Origin: Candidatus Hydrogenedentota bacterium | Lineage (GTDB): Bacteria > Hydrogenedentota > Hydrogenedentia > Hydrogenedentales > JAEUWI01 | Length of the DNA stretch: 64,000 bases | Reading direction: 5' to 3' | Assembly: GCA_019637335.1 (NCBI GenBank) | Contig: JAHBVV010000019.1 | Span: 391 to 64,390 of the forward strand | In this document: piece by piece, positions 10,148-20,407 of the stretch | How the letters are laid out: the number at the start of each line of letters is the position of its first letter | How positions within the stretch are numbered: position 1 is the first letter of the stretch | The notes under the pieces: generated by a model | What the model was told of the DNA's origin: nothing | Seen by the model: the letters and a program-made list of their open reading frames with translations, nothing else | Databases searched by the model: none | Position numbers and translations under genes: made by a program

Positions 10148-11425
10148 ATGGAAACTGAGTCGCAGAGCGATTTTCCGTGGCTGGAGGATGCGACGCACGA
10201 GGAGATGGCGCGGGCGGTGGAGGCGATGTACCGCGTGCACAAGCTGATTCGGGCGATCACGGATCTGGACGCGCTGCTGGAGTACATCAGCCAGGAGAGC
10301 CAGCGGGTGGCGGGGGCGGAGGCCTCGTCCATCATCCTGTATGACCCGGATATGGGGGATCTGTATTTCCACACGGCGCTGGGCGACTATTCCAGCAGCG
10401 AGACGCTGAAACGGGACATCCGGCTCAAATTGGGGGAGGGCATTGCGGGGGTGGCCGCGGCGGAGCGCCGATCGGTTGTTGCGGACAACGCGCAGCAGGA
10501 TGATCGTTTCTTCCGGAACGCGGACCAGGCGACGAATTTTACGACGCGGAATGTGCTGGCCGTGCCCATGGTGGATCACGAGGAGCTGATCGGGGTGCTC
10601 GAGGTGATTAACAAGGTCGGCGACGGCGGGTTCACACTGCTGGATGTGCGGGTGATGGAAATGTTCTCGACCCTCGCGGCGACGTCGATATCCAATGCGC
10701 GCCTGGTGAAGGACAAGATCTCGACCGAACGGTTGGCGGCGATCGGGCAGGCGGTCACGGGGCTCTCGCACTACACGAAGAATATTGTGAGCGGGATGAG
10801 CAGCAGCGCCGAGCTCATTGAGGCCGGTCTTCGCCAGGGCAATCTGGAGTTGCTTGCCAAGACATGGCCTGTGTTCCGGCGCAGCACGCAGCGCATCAGC
10901 CACTGCGTCCAGGACATGCTGAGCTTTTCCAAGCCGCGCACGCCCTGCCGCGAGCCGTTTTCGTTGCGGCAATTGATCGACGAGGCGTATGAATCCTACG
11001 CGGAGCTTTTCAGCAAGCGTGGCGTCGAAGTGACGATCACGTGCGCCAATGTGCAGGATACGGTTTTTGCGGAGCCGGCTTCCCTGTACCGGAGCCTGTT
11101 GAATCTTCTGGCCAACGCGGCGGACGCGGCGCCGGACACGGGGGGGCGCATCGAGGTTCGCGCGACGGGGCTCCCATCGGGCATACTGGAGATTGTGGTG
11201 GAAGACAACGGGCCGGGAGTCCCCGAGGCGCTTGAAGAGCGGATATTCGACCCGTTCTTCAGCACGAAGGGGGCGAAGGGCACCGGGCTGGGCCTGGCGA
11301 TCACGCGCAAGGTGGTGGAGGAGCACGGCGGCCAATTGCAGCTTAGGAAGAGTTCGCTTGGCGGCGCGGCGTTTCATATCACGTTGCCCGCCGGCGCGCC
11401 GGAAAGGACATTGCTGTCACCATGA
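10148..11425 (+). CDS. GAF domain-containing sensor histidine kinase (cytoplasmic)
   Basis: GAF region (LGEGIAGVAAAERRSVVADNAQQDDRF). H-box (LSHYTKN). HATPase_c (LLNLLANAADA... VEDNGPGVP... GTGLGLAITRKVVEEHGG). No TM segments. Confidence 0.8.
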   Translation: METESQSDFPWLEDATHEEMARAVEAMYRVHKLIRAITDLDALLEYISQESQRVAGAEASSIILYDPDMGDLYFHTALGDYSSSETLKRDIRLKLGEGIAGVAAAERRSVVADNAQQDDRFFRNADQATNFTTRNVLAVPMVDHEELIGVLEVINKVGDGGFTLLDVRVMEMFSTLAATSISNARLVKDKISTERLAAIGQAVTGLSHYTKNIVSGMSSSAELIEAGLRQGNLELLAKTWPVFRRSTQRISHCVQDMLSFSKPRTPCREPFSLRQLIDEAYESYAELFSKRGVEVTITCANVQDTVFAEPASLYRSLLNLLANAADAAPDTGGRIEVRATGLPSGILEIVVEDNGPGVPEALEERIFDPFFSTKGAKGTGLGLAITRKVVEEHGGQLQLRKSSLGGAAFHITLPAGAPERTLLSP

Positions 11426-11709
11426 CTGCCACGAATCGAATGGACTCCGTAGGCTGGGTGTTTTTCTGGGTTGTGCTTGCGCTCTACACGCCGCTTTGCA
11501 TCTATCTGGTGCTTGCCATAACCGTCGAGTCGCTGGGGATGGCGGCGCGCGCGGGGACGGGCGTGTGCCTCGCGTTTTTCGCGGCGGCGTTTACATCGTG
11601 GCTTGCGAATAGTATCCTTTCCTACCGGGCGCAACGGTTGGACGCGCGGGAGGCGGCGGCGCGGGCGGCGGCGGGCAAGAAGAAGCGCAGCCGGGCATCC
11701 GAGAAGTAG
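11422..11709 (+). CDS. small membrane protein (hypothetical). Start overlaps the stop of the kinase
   Basis: 95 aa with two TM helices and a basic tail. ATGA overlap with the upstream kinase. Confidence 0.4.
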   Translation: MTATNRMDSVGWVFFWVVLALYTPLCIYLVLAITVESLGMAARAGTGVCLAFFAAAFTSWLANSILSYRAQRLDAREAAARAAAGKKKRSRASEK

Positions 11710-11720
11710 CCGGAGGTAAT

Positions 11721-12158
11721 ATGGCCGATATTTGGGACATCGCGCGGTACGTCGAGGCGAATCCGGACGATCACGAGCAGCGCTGGCGCCTGGCGAAGAA
11801 GCTGTATACCGCCTGGGAGTACCGGCTTGCGCTGGAGCACCTCCAGATCCTCAAGAACGAGGGGCCGCGCCGGATCAATATCCTGCGCTACCTCGGGGCC
11901 ACGTATTACCGGCTTGGCCGCTACGAGGAGGCGATCCGGGAACTGGAGGGGGCCATCGACCTCTGGCCCGACGAAATCGGGCTGTACGAGCAACTCGCGC
12001 GCGTCCTGGAAATTGCGGGGGACAACCGGCGCGCATCGGCCCTGTGGAAAAAGGCGCTGGAGCTGGATCCGCACCATCCGATGGCGGCGCATGCTGCGGC
12101 GCGCCTGATGGACGGCGGGCCGGAATCCGCCAAAAAAAAAACCAACAATCAGGCCTGA
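11721..12158 (+). CDS. tetratricopeptide repeat protein
   Basis: TPR-like helical repeats (LGATYYRLGRYEEAIRELEGAIDLWPDEIGLYEQLARVLEIAGD...). Confidence 0.6.
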   Translation: MADIWDIARYVEANPDDHEQRWRLAKKLYTAWEYRLALEHLQILKNEGPRRINILRYLGATYYRLGRYEEAIRELEGAIDLWPDEIGLYEQLARVLEIAGDNRRASALWKKALELDPHHPMAAHAAARLMDGGPESAKKKTNNQA

Positions 12159-12352
12159 TTTCCGATGCGGAGGACTTGCGCATCGGGGACAGCGACAGCG
12201 GCATTGACGTAAGCGAAGCGTTGCATTGCCCCCGGTGTGGCGCGCAGTGCGATGGCGCGGCGGAAACCTGCTGGCAGTGCGGGGCGGCCCTTCGTTCGGG
12301 GCGGCCTCGGGGGCGATTGACGCCGCGCCTCCTGCATCGTGATTCGCCCCCC

Positions 12353-13243
12353 ATGGACGCCCGGCGGCTTGAGCTCCGTCTGCTGGGAGCGGCCCTCGGG
12401 GGATTGCTGGTCGCGCTGGCGCTGAGCGGCATGGCGATCGTGCAGGCGTGGCGGCACGGGGATATGCCGGTGACGTCGGTGGCGGAGGCGCTGGCTTACC
12501 ACATCGCGGGCGCGCGCATTCTTACCGGCGCGCTGATGACGCTTGCCGCACCCCTCTTATTCCACCTGACGGCCCATGTGCTCCGCCTGCAATTCGCCCG
12601 CCCGACCCATTTTTTGACCCTGGCGGGCGTCGCCGGGGGCGCGCTGGCGTATTCGCTCAGTTTTCTGCCCCGGCCCGGCCTGTATCTCGCTGTTCTGATT
12701 CCACCGTTCGCGGTGTTTGCGCTGGCGCTGCTGGTGCTCCGCCTGCCCGCCGGCCGCAGCATCGCGCTCAGCCTGTCCCATGGCGTATTGAGTTTCGCGG
12801 CGGCCGCGGTTGCGATCTGGGGCCTCGAGTCGTTTGCGGTCGGGACCGTATTGAATCCGGTTTCCGAGGCCCGCGCCGTGTACCGGCTGGCCGGCCGGGA
12901 GCCGCAGCGGACGATTGAGATACATCCCCGGCGGACCGGCAGCGGGTACCCCGCGTTGATGTGGCACGAGAGCGGTTCCGTGTGGGTGAACCGGCGCGCC
13001 GCCCTCAGCGCGCTGCGGGTCGAGATGCCCGACGAAACCACCTCCTGGAGTATGCGCCTTGAGCCGCGCGACGGTGGCGGGCCGGTCGTGGCGTTGCGCG
13101 GTACGGGCAACCCGGCGCAGTCCCCCGTTTTTTTGCCCGTGCCCGGCACGGCCTATGTGATCAGGTTGGATCCGGCGCCGTTGCCCGACCACCCCCTGCG
13201 CATCATCACGCCGATTCCGGTGTCCGCGTTACCGGCCCGGTAG
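12353..13243 (+). CDS. polytopic membrane protein (hypothetical). May extend upstream to include a zinc-ribbon (CPRCG...CWQCG) if a non-ATG start is used
   Basis: The frame stays open from 12158. 12170-12300 encodes HCPRCGAQCDGAAETCWQCG. From the ATG at 12353 there are about six TM helices, followed by a soluble C-terminal domain. Confidence 0.45.
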   Translation: MDARRLELRLLGAALGGLLVALALSGMAIVQAWRHGDMPVTSVAEALAYHIAGARILTGALMTLAAPLLFHLTAHVLRLQFARPTHFLTLAGVAGGALAYSLSFLPRPGLYLAVLIPPFAVFALALLVLRLPAGRSIALSLSHGVLSFAAAAVAIWGLESFAVGTVLNPVSEARAVYRLAGREPQRTIEIHPRRTGSGYPALMWHESGSVWVNRRAALSALRVEMPDETTSWSMRLEPRDGGGPVVALRGTGNPAQSPVFLPVPGTAYVIRLDPAPLPDHPLRIITPIPVSALPAR

Positions 13244-14968
13244 GGCGGAATCGGGGGCGGAGATCGGCGCGCCGAAGTCTTGAAAGCATGCCTCTGCCTC
13301 GTGGCGCACGCCGCGGTTGAAGGGCCATCGCTGGAGTGCCTGGCCGTAGTGGCGGCATGCTCCGCCGCCATCGCCGAGGGCGGCTTTCGCTTGGGCCGAG
13401 AGGAGGTGGATACGCCCGGTGTCGAGGCCGGCTCGCGCGCGCGTGAAGGCGCGATCCGCGCCCGCGTAATAGCCCTGTTCGAGCGCCCAGATACCCCGCG
13501 ATTCGAAGGCTTCCGGCGGGGCGCCCCAGGCCGCGGTGGCGCGTGCGTAGGCATCGCCCGCGGGGAGGCCCGCCACGTGCCGGTCCTCCGCGCGGCAGAG
13601 CAGGTAGCTGGGGTAGAGGGCGAGTACGATATAAGCGAGCGAACCCGCGATGGCCAGCGAAACTGTGAGCGATTGCCGCGCAAAGCCGGGCAGGCGCGCC
13701 CGCCGGGAACGTGGCCCGCGCAGATTGCAGCCGAGAAACAACAACCCCGCCAGGGCGTGGGGCGGGCTGTACCAGAGGGGATGGAGGAAGGACATGGCCG
13801 CCAGGGCCGCGAGGCAGGCCAGCGCGCCGGTGGCGCGCGCGCGGAAGCGCATCGCCAGCCACACGGCGAACACGAGCCCGAGAATTCCGGTTTCGCAGCC
13901 TACCTCCAGGAGATCGAGGTGTGCGTGGTAGGTCACGCGCTCGGCGCTTTTTCCTAGGGCCGGTGTCGCGCGGGCCCCGAGCGGTTCGGGTATGTGCCGC
14001 GCGTACTGTCCCAGCCCGACGCCGGTGAAGGGGTGGGCGGCGGCCAGGTCAAGGCTTGCGCGGACGATCCAGGCGCGCGTGTTGCCGCCGTCGTCTCCGG
14101 GGCCGCCGGTGTTGGCGAGCCGCGTTGCCAGCGCGCTCAGTCCGGCGGCGTGGAGTAGTATGGCCAGCGCCACGGCGATTGCCGCCCAGGCGGCCGCGCG
14201 CCGCCACGCGATCATGTTTCGGGCGATCAATACGATGCCGCCCGCGGCGACACCCACCCACGCGGCGCGCGTTTCCGCGAGGAGGATGGCGGATAGAAGG
14301 AGGACCGCCCCGGCGCCGCGGGCCAGGCGGTGGAGCGGGCGCGCGGGGGCGCGGAGGCTCGCGAGCGCAACGAGGCCGCAGGCGAGATAGGCGCCGAGCA
14401 GGCCCTGATTGCCGAAAACGGAGTACATGGGCTGATCGTAGTGGGCGTAGGGCGGGAACCAGCGGTTGAGGGCGCCGGCGCGCTGGAGCAGCGCCAGGGC
14501 GGCGCAGAGGAGGCACGCCGCGGCGATGGCGGCGAGGAGCCCCTGCTCGCCCCGGGGATTGCGGAAGAGTGGCCAGGCCAGAGAGGCGAAGAGCAGGAGG
14601 GCGGTGAGGCGCAGGGCTTCGAGGCCGGCGAACAGGGGAAAAGATCCGGCGGCGAGGGTGGCGATCATGGCCGCGGCAAGCCCCGTCCAGGCGGGGGCCC
14701 AGGCGGCGAAGCCCCGGCCCGAGCGCGCGGCGGACCCGGCGGTGCAGAGCGCCAGGACGCCAGCCCAGAGTACAAGTTGTTTGGCGTCCAGGAACGAGAT
14801 GAGGGACATGGACCAGGCCACCGCGGTTCCGATGAGGGTCACGTAGACGAGGCTGCGTTGTCCAACGTCGCGGACGCCGGGCCGTGAAGCTACGAACCGA
14901 TCGCAGACGGGAATGGCCGCGTTCCGGCTTAAGGGATTGATGTATTTGACGATAGATTGATCGTGCAT
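13229..14968 (-). CDS. O-antigen ligase (Wzy_C) family protein with C-terminal TPR-like domain
   Basis: About ten TM helices. A periplasmic loop has the pattern characteristic of O-antigen ligase/polymerase family proteins (...THAHLDLLEVGCETGILG...). C-terminal TPR-like region. Confidence 0.65.
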   Translation of the reverse strand: MHDQSIVKYINPLSRNAAIPVCDRFVASRPGVRDVGQRSLVYVTLIGTAVAWSMSLISFLDAKQLVLWAGVLALCTAGSAARSGRGFAAWAPAWTGLAAAMIATLAAGSFPLFAGLEALRLTALLLFASLAWPLFRNPRGEQGLLAAIAAACLLCAALALLQRAGALNRWFPPYAHYDQPMYSVFGNQGLLGAYLACGLVALASLRAPARPLHRLARGAGAVLLLSAILLAETRAAWVGVAAGGIVLIARNMIAWRRAAAWAAIAVALAILLHAAGLSALATRLANTGGPGDDGGNTRAWIVRASLDLAAAHPFTGVGLGQYARHIPEPLGARATPALGKSAERVTYHAHLDLLEVGCETGILGLVFAVWLAMRFRARATGALACLAALAAMSFLHPLWYSPPHALAGLLFLGCNLRGPRSRRARLPGFARQSLTVSLAIAGSLAYIVLALYPSYLLCRAEDRHVAGLPAGDAYARATAAWGAPPEAFESRGIWALEQGYYAGADRAFTRARAGLDTGRIHLLSAQAKAALGDGGGACRHYGQALQRWPFNRGVRHEAEACFQDFGAPISAPDSALPGR

Positions 14969-15102
14969 TTGGCGGTGTTGCGCTCGTATCCCGGCGCCGG
15001 AGTCACTTCTGGACGAGCCGCCAGTGTAGCATGGCGGCTGGCTTGCTTCTTCGTTTGATCGTTAACGGGCGGCGGCCCCGGATTTGCGGCGCCCGCATCG
15101 CT

Positions 15103-15131
15103 CGAAATTGCGGCCTGCCGGACCGCGTGTT
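15103..15131 (+). promoter_or_regulatory. putative sigma70 promoter (TTGCGG-17-TAGAAT with extended-10 TG) upstream of the large TPR gene
   Basis: TTGCGG at 15103-15108, then a 17-nt spacer, then TGtTAGAAT at 15123-15131. Confidence 0.4.
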
Positions 15132-15237
15132 AGAATGCAGTTGTTGTCTCTGCGGCACAGCAAACATTTCGGGGATTGTTGGTAAGCGCCCGGCGCGCGG
15201 TGGTTTAGCGCGGGCTGGCCTGGATGGCGTGGCCGGA

Positions 15238-18200
15238 ATGGCCGGGCCAACGGCAGAATACCCTTCGGACAGCTTAATGAACGAACCAACCGATCAGAAC
15301 CCGTCTCCGCTCGATCCGGAATTGCTGCGGGAGTTGGAAGCCGCCGAGGCGGGAAGCGGCTCGTCGCTATTGGACGATGCGCCGCTGCTACCGGCTTACC
15401 ACGTCGATGATGATACGCCCCTGGCTCCGGTTGACCCGGATTTCGGGGTCCTTCCAGCCGGTTCCCAGGGTTCAGCGCCATCGGATTTTCTCGGTGGCGA
15501 CGATCAGGCGGAAGAGCCGGCCGGGGCGTCGAGTTCCGACGAGGGGATGATGGACGCAGGGGGCGTCGCTGCTCCAATGCCGACCGAAGTCCTGGATCGC
15601 TTGCTGGCGCCCGATCAAGAGGGCGGGGCATTGGAGGCGGAGCGTGCCGGCCTCGATACGCCCCCCGCCGGGCGTGCGCCCGCGGATCCGGAGGCCGGTA
15701 GGCTGGCGGACATGGATGCGGATGCGGAGCGCGCCCCGTCCGCGTCGTCTCCGCCGGCGCCCGCGGATGCCGCCGCGCCGCCGGTTGCGCCCGCACTTGA
15801 AACCGAAGCGCTTTCCCCGGCGAGGGAAGCCGGGGCCGGCGAGGATACGCTATCTCAAGAAGAACTCGAATCGCTGCTGGCCGCCGCCACGGGTAAGGGC
15901 GCGCTGCCCGAAAGCGCCGGGGCGCCGCCGGAATCCGTATCGGCCTTGGACCTCGAACAATTGCTCGACAGCGCGGTGTCCAGTCTGGCGCCGGGCGCGG
16001 GCGACGCCGGGCCGGAGGCGGAGCCCGAGGACGATCTGGACAGCTATCTGGATTCGGTGTTGCCGGCGGACAGCGCCGCCTCGACCGGGGCCGAGGACAT
16101 TCTCGATCAGTCCAGCATCGACTCATTGCTGTCGGCTTCCGGCGGGGATGAATCCCTTGCGCCGGAGGGGGTAGACGGCCCGATGGGCGGCCCGTTTGGC
16201 GGCGAGGCCGGCGAGAGCGCGCTGGAGGCGTCCGGGTTTGACGCGGATGCTGGATTGCCGGGGGATGCGTCCCCGCCGGACGTTGCGGACGATCTCGGTG
16301 CGGGGGTCGAAATATCTCAGGACATGATCGACGCGCTGATCGCAAGCGCGCAGGCCGAAGCGCCAGTGGAAGGGGGGAGCGGATCCGAGAGCGCCATCGG
16401 CTCCGAGAATCTTGCCGCGGCCGCGACGGCGTCTAGCCCGGACGCGGATCTGCTGTCGCCCAGCGATCTGGACCGGCTGATTGAAGAGTCCCGGCGCCCG
16501 GACTGGAAGCGGCCGGCTTCCGAGGGCGCGGCGCCGGAGATGCCCGCGCCGGAGGCTTCCGCTGGCGCTGTTCCGCCGGAAACGGTTCTGGACGGCGCGG
16601 CCGTTGCGGCCCGCACGCGGCGCTTCCGGAAGCCCGGCGTGATTATTCCGTTTGTCCGGCGTCACCCGTTGCGCCTGGCGGCCAGCCTGCTCGCGGGCCT
16701 CATCGCGGCGGCGGGGACGGGCGCGTTTCTCTGGTCCCACCGCGAGTTTGTGCCGCGCGGTCCGGGCCCGTCGGCCATTCAAGCGCTGGAAGTGGTCATC
16801 GAGCGCGCGCGGGAAGAGATGGCGCGGGGTGATTTCGCGGCCGCGATCGAGGAGCTTGAGGGGCCGCTGTCGCGGGCGCTTCCCAGCGCGCTGCGCGCGG
16901 ACGGGCAGTACCTGCTGCTCGAAGCGCGATACCGCGGCTTTCGCGGCGCGTATGGCACGCCGCCGTTCGACACCATGGTCGCCCAGATCGAGGCGGTGGT
17001 CGAGCAACTTCCCAACCATGCGCGCGCGCCCGAGGCCCTGGCCTGGGAGGCCCGCCTGTACACGCCCGAGCTGCCGTACAAGGCCCTCGACATCTACCGG
17101 CGGATTATTCAGGAATACAGCACGGGTCCGGGGATGGACGGCATCCTGCGCGACGCCGCACGGCTGGCGCTGGAGAACAATCAGACGCTCGACGCGGCGA
17201 TATTCGCGCGGGATCTGCTGCGGCGCTTTCCCGGGTCGCCCCACGCGGGGGACGCGATGCTGACCATTGCCGACACGAATGTTCGTGCGGGCAACATGGC
17301 GGACGCGCGGGCGACCTATGTGCGCATGGCGGAGTCGGAACCGAACTCTCGGCTGGGGGCCCAGGCGTATCTCCGCCTGGCGCGGCTCGCGTTCGAAGCG
17401 GGGCAATACGGCCAGGCGATCTTGCACCTGACGCGGCGCCTGGAGACGACGACGACGACCGAGGGCAACGACGAGGTGTACCTCCTGCTGGCGCAGGCCT
17501 ACCGGGCGTCGGGCCAGTTGAATGAGGCCCGCGATACGCTGGCGGACTTGCTGAACCTCTTTGAGCCGGGCCCGGTCACGCCGCGCGCGTACGTGGAGTA
17601 CACGCAGGTTCTCGAGGCGCTTGGAGATCGGGAGCGCGCCCTGCGCACGGCGCGCCGCGCGGCGCTGGAGTACCCGAATGCTCCGGAGGTGCTGCGCAAC
17701 CAGGGCGAGTTCGAGGGGCTGACGGGCAACGCGCTGCCAGCCGCAATTGCGTTTGTTGCGGCGGATCGGGCGGGGGCCGGCGACCCGAACCTGCTGCTTG
17801 CGGCGGCCCGCTACTACCGCACGGCCAATATGCCCCGCGAGGCGGCGGCGGCCTACGGCCGCCTGAAGACGTACTACGGCGGATCGCCGGCTTCCATTCA
17901 GGGCGGGATCGAAGCGGCCGAGTTGCGTTACGCCGAGGGGGCGGTGGAAGGGGCCATCGCGGACTTGAAATCGCTGCAGGCGGCGACCCGCGGCACCGAA
18001 CACCACCTGCCGGCGGTGCAGTCGCTGCTGGGGATTTACCAGGAGCTCGGGCTTTCGGATCATATAACCGCGCTTGCGGGCGAGGTCGCGCAATTGTCGG
18101 AGGAACCCGAGGTGGTCGCGCGGGCCGCGCTGGATCTCATGAGGGCGGGCGAACTGGAGCGCGCGCAGGCCGCGATTTCGCGGATCGACCTGGCCCGCCT

Positions 18201-18759
18201 CAAGGAGCGAACCGCCTTTGACCTGCTCATGCGCGAGGGCGAGGCCCTGCTTGCGGTCGCCCCGCAACGCGGGCTCGAAAAGATGGAAGCCGCCTTCTTC
18301 AATTACCCCGCCGCCCGGACGCGCGAGGCCGACCAGAAACTGCTCGACACCTACCTGCGGACGGGCCGGGCGGCAGCCGCGCGGCGCATGGTGATGGATC
18401 TGAAGGCCGGGGTCGAACAGCGCCCCGCCGATGCGCCGTATCTCATCGACGCCGCGATTGCGTGGGGGGACTATCTGTACGACCGGGAAGACTACCGGAC
18501 CGCGGTGTTCGCGTATGCCCTGGCGGAGGAAGCGGGTGTTGATCGCGGCGAGCGGGTCTCGGGCATGCGGTCCACGCCGGAATGGGCGCGCTACCAGCGG
18601 GCCAATGCGCTGCTTCGCCTGGCCGATTACGCCGGTTGCCTGCCCCTGTACGAGGCGATTGCGGCGTCCGATTCGCCCTGGGCCGGTGAGGCGGCGGTCA
18701 AGGCGACCGCGGCGCGCCTCGAACAGCGCCAGCGGGGCGTCTCCGTGGCGGCGGGCTAG
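15238..18759 (+). CDS. large TPR repeat protein with ~450-aa acidic low-complexity N-terminal region and a single TM segment (FimV/HubP-like architecture)
   Basis: The N-terminal part is D/E/A/P-rich and disordered. A TM helix (LRLAASLLAGLIAAAGTGAFLW) follows, then about 700 aa of TPR-like repeats. Alternative start at 15277. Confidence 0.6.
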   Translation: MAGPTAEYPSDSLMNEPTDQNPSPLDPELLRELEAAEAGSGSSLLDDAPLLPAYHVDDDTPLAPVDPDFGVLPAGSQGSAPSDFLGGDDQAEEPAGASSSDEGMMDAGGVAAPMPTEVLDRLLAPDQEGGALEAERAGLDTPPAGRAPADPEAGRLADMDADAERAPSASSPPAPADAAAPPVAPALETEALSPAREAGAGEDTLSQEELESLLAAATGKGALPESAGAPPESVSALDLEQLLDSAVSSLAPGAGDAGPEAEPEDDLDSYLDSVLPADSAASTGAEDILDQSSIDSLLSASGGDESLAPEGVDGPMGGPFGGEAGESALEASGFDADAGLPGDASPPDVADDLGAGVEISQDMIDALIASAQAEAPVEGGSGSESAIGSENLAAAATASSPDADLLSPSDLDRLIEESRRPDWKRPASEGAAPEMPAPEASAGAVPPETVLDGAAVAARTRRFRKPGVIIPFVRRHPLRLAASLLAGLIAAAGTGAFLWSHREFVPRGPGPSAIQALEVVIERAREEMARGDFAAAIEELEGPLSRALPSALRADGQYLLLEARYRGFRGAYGTPPFDTMVAQIEAVVEQLPNHARAPEALAWEARLYTPELPYKALDIYRRIIQEYSTGPGMDGILRDAARLALENNQTLDAAIFARDLLRRFPGSPHAGDAMLTIADTNVRAGNMADARATYVRMAESEPNSRLGAQAYLRLARLAFEAGQYGQAILHLTRRLETTTTTEGNDEVYLLLAQAYRASGQLNEARDTLADLLNLFEPGPVTPRAYVEYTQVLEALGDRERALRTARRAALEYPNAPEVLRNQGEFEGLTGNALPAAIAFVAADRAGAGDPNLLLAAARYYRTANMPREAAAAYGRLKTYYGGSPASIQGGIEAAELRYAEGAVEGAIADLKSLQAATRGTEHHLPAVQSLLGIYQELGLSDHITALAGEVAQLSEEPEVVARAALDLMRAGELERAQAAISRIDLARLKERTAFDLLMREGEALLAVAPQRGLEKMEAAFFNYPAARTREADQKLLDTYLRTGRAAAARRMVMDLKAGVEQRPADAPYLIDAAIAWGDYLYDREDYRTAVFAYALAEEAGVDRGERVSGMRSTPEWARYQRANALLRLADYAGCLPLYEAIAASDSPWAGEAAVKATAARLEQRQRGVSVAAG

Positions 18760-18764
18760 ACGCC

Positions 18765-19205
18765 GTGCCCACGTTTTCGCTGCACCACCGCGTGACCGAT
18801 TTTCTCGGGCGCCAGATCGCGTGGAGCGAGGGGGTGCTGGCGGAACTGGACGCGTTTTGCCATGCCGGCGACGCGGCGGATGTGGAGGCCCACCTGGCCC
18901 AGCAGGAGGTCCGCGCCCGCGAGTCAAACGAACTCGCCCGCGAATACGCCGGACTCGCCAGCGAGTGGGCGCGGGGCGCGGACGTTCCACCCGGCGCGCG
19001 CGAGGAGATCGCGCGGCTTTCGAGCGTCTCCGAGGAACTTCTGGGGCGGGTTCAGGCGGGGTATGCGCGGGCTGAAACCGTGGTGGCGGCGCTGCGCGAC
19101 AGAAATCGTGAGGCGCAGGCCGACTTGCGGCGGGGCCGCCGCTCTGTCACTATTTACACACCGCCTAACCTGGAGCCGCCGGGCTTTCTGGACACCGACG
19201 CCTGA
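18765..19205 (+). CDS. hypothetical helical protein
   Basis: 146 aa and helical. It is co-directional and tightly spaced between the TPR gene and the PAS kinase. No firm family assignment. Confidence 0.35.
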   Translation: MPTFSLHHRVTDFLGRQIAWSEGVLAELDAFCHAGDAADVEAHLAQQEVRARESNELAREYAGLASEWARGADVPPGAREEIARLSSVSEELLGRVQAGYARAETVVAALRDRNREAQADLRRGRRSVTIYTPPNLEPPGFLDTDA

Positions 19206-19249
19206 ATGCGTGGCTTGGCGTATGGACGCGACAACGACAAGAGCACCCG

Positions 19250-20398
19250 ATGAAACCTCCACAAACCGACGTAGAGGCGCTTGCGCAGGCGCTGGACCTC
19301 TTCACGCGAACGACAGCCAGCATGGAAGAGGCCTACCGCCACTTGCAGCAGCGCGTCACCAATCTCGACCAGGAACTCGCCACCAAGAACCTCCAGCTGG
19401 CCCTGACCACCGATTATCTGTCAAATCTGCTGGAGAGTATCACCGATGGGGTGATTGCGGTGGACATGGCGGAGCACATCACCCGGTACAACCGGGCGGC
19501 CCGGGTTGTACTCGGTTTTGAGGCGGATGAGGTGGTCGGTCGCCCGTTTCGGGAGGTTTTCGGGCGTTCGTTTCACGCGCCCAGCATGCCGGGCGCGATG
19601 GAGCTCATTTCCCGAAGTGGGAGGCGGGTTCCCGTGAGTGAGAAGGATTCCGTTATAGCGGATCGGGACGGACACCGGCTGGGGTATGTGAAGACCTTCC
19701 AGGATTTGAGCGAATTGAGCGCGCTCCGGGAGCAGGTGCGTCAGATTGATCGGCTTGCGGCGATCGGCGAGATGGCGGCGACGGTGGCGCACGAGATCCG
19801 AAACCCTCTCGGCGGAATTCGCGGTTTTGCATCGTTTTTGGCGCAGGATACACCGGAGGACGATCCCCGACATCGATTGGTCCAGAAAATCCTCGCGGGC
19901 GTCGGCAGCCTGGAGAAAGTGGTCAGCGGACTGCTGGAATACACGCGTCCCGTGGAGTTGAAGCTCGCCCCGGCGTCCTGCGCGGCGATCGCCCACGCGG
20001 CGATGCGCTATATGGAATACGATCCGGCGCGAATCACGATCTTCACTGAAGTCGATCCGGACTTGCGGGTGCTGGCGGACGCGGACCGGATCCGCCAGGT
20101 TTTGATGAACATTCTGCTGAACGCGGTGCAGAGCATTGAGGGGCGGGGCGAGATCCGGATCAGCGCGGACGCGGACGAGACGGCGGTGTACCTTTCGGTA
20201 CAGGACAATGGATGCGGCATGGACGAGGCGGCGCTCCAGCAGGTATTTTCGCCGTTTTTCACGACGAAGGAGAAGGGGACGGGCCTGGGGATGGCGGTGT
20301 CGCAGAAGATCGTGGACGGGCATGGCGGGGCCATCACGGCGGACAGCGCGCCGGGAACGGGAACCCGGATCGTGATCCAGCTGCCCCGCGCGGAGTAA
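19250..20398 (+). CDS. PAS domain sensor histidine kinase (soluble; NtrB/FleS-like)
   Basis: PAS (LLESITDGVIAVDMAEHITRYNRAARVVLGFEADEVVGRPF). H-box (ATVAHEIRNPLGGIRGF). HATPase_c (DNGCGMDEAALQQVFSPFFTTKEKGTGLGMAVSQKIVDGHGG). Confidence 0.85.
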   Translation: MKPPQTDVEALAQALDLFTRTTASMEEAYRHLQQRVTNLDQELATKNLQLALTTDYLSNLLESITDGVIAVDMAEHITRYNRAARVVLGFEADEVVGRPFREVFGRSFHAPSMPGAMELISRSGRRVPVSEKDSVIADRDGHRLGYVKTFQDLSELSALREQVRQIDRLAAIGEMAATVAHEIRNPLGGIRGFASFLAQDTPEDDPRHRLVQKILAGVGSLEKVVSGLLEYTRPVELKLAPASCAAIAHAAMRYMEYDPARITIFTEVDPDLRVLADADRIRQVLMNILLNAVQSIEGRGEIRISADADETAVYLSVQDNGCGMDEAALQQVFSPFFTTKEKGTGLGMAVSQKIVDGHGGAITADSAPGTGTRIVIQLPRAE

Positions 20399-20407
20399 GA
20401 TCGCCGG

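Noticed and set aside
8461-10247. ORFs of 199-577 aa spanning the 8480-9020 repeat block and running antisense to the HMGL-like gene
   Set aside because: These are repeat-derived low-complexity translation (GW/VV-rich) followed by an antisense frame.
16123-18990. 955-aa ORF on the minus strand
   Set aside because: It is antisense to the TPR protein gene. The translation is Arg/Pro/Gly-rich low-complexity typical of high-GC antisense frames, and there is no domain signal.
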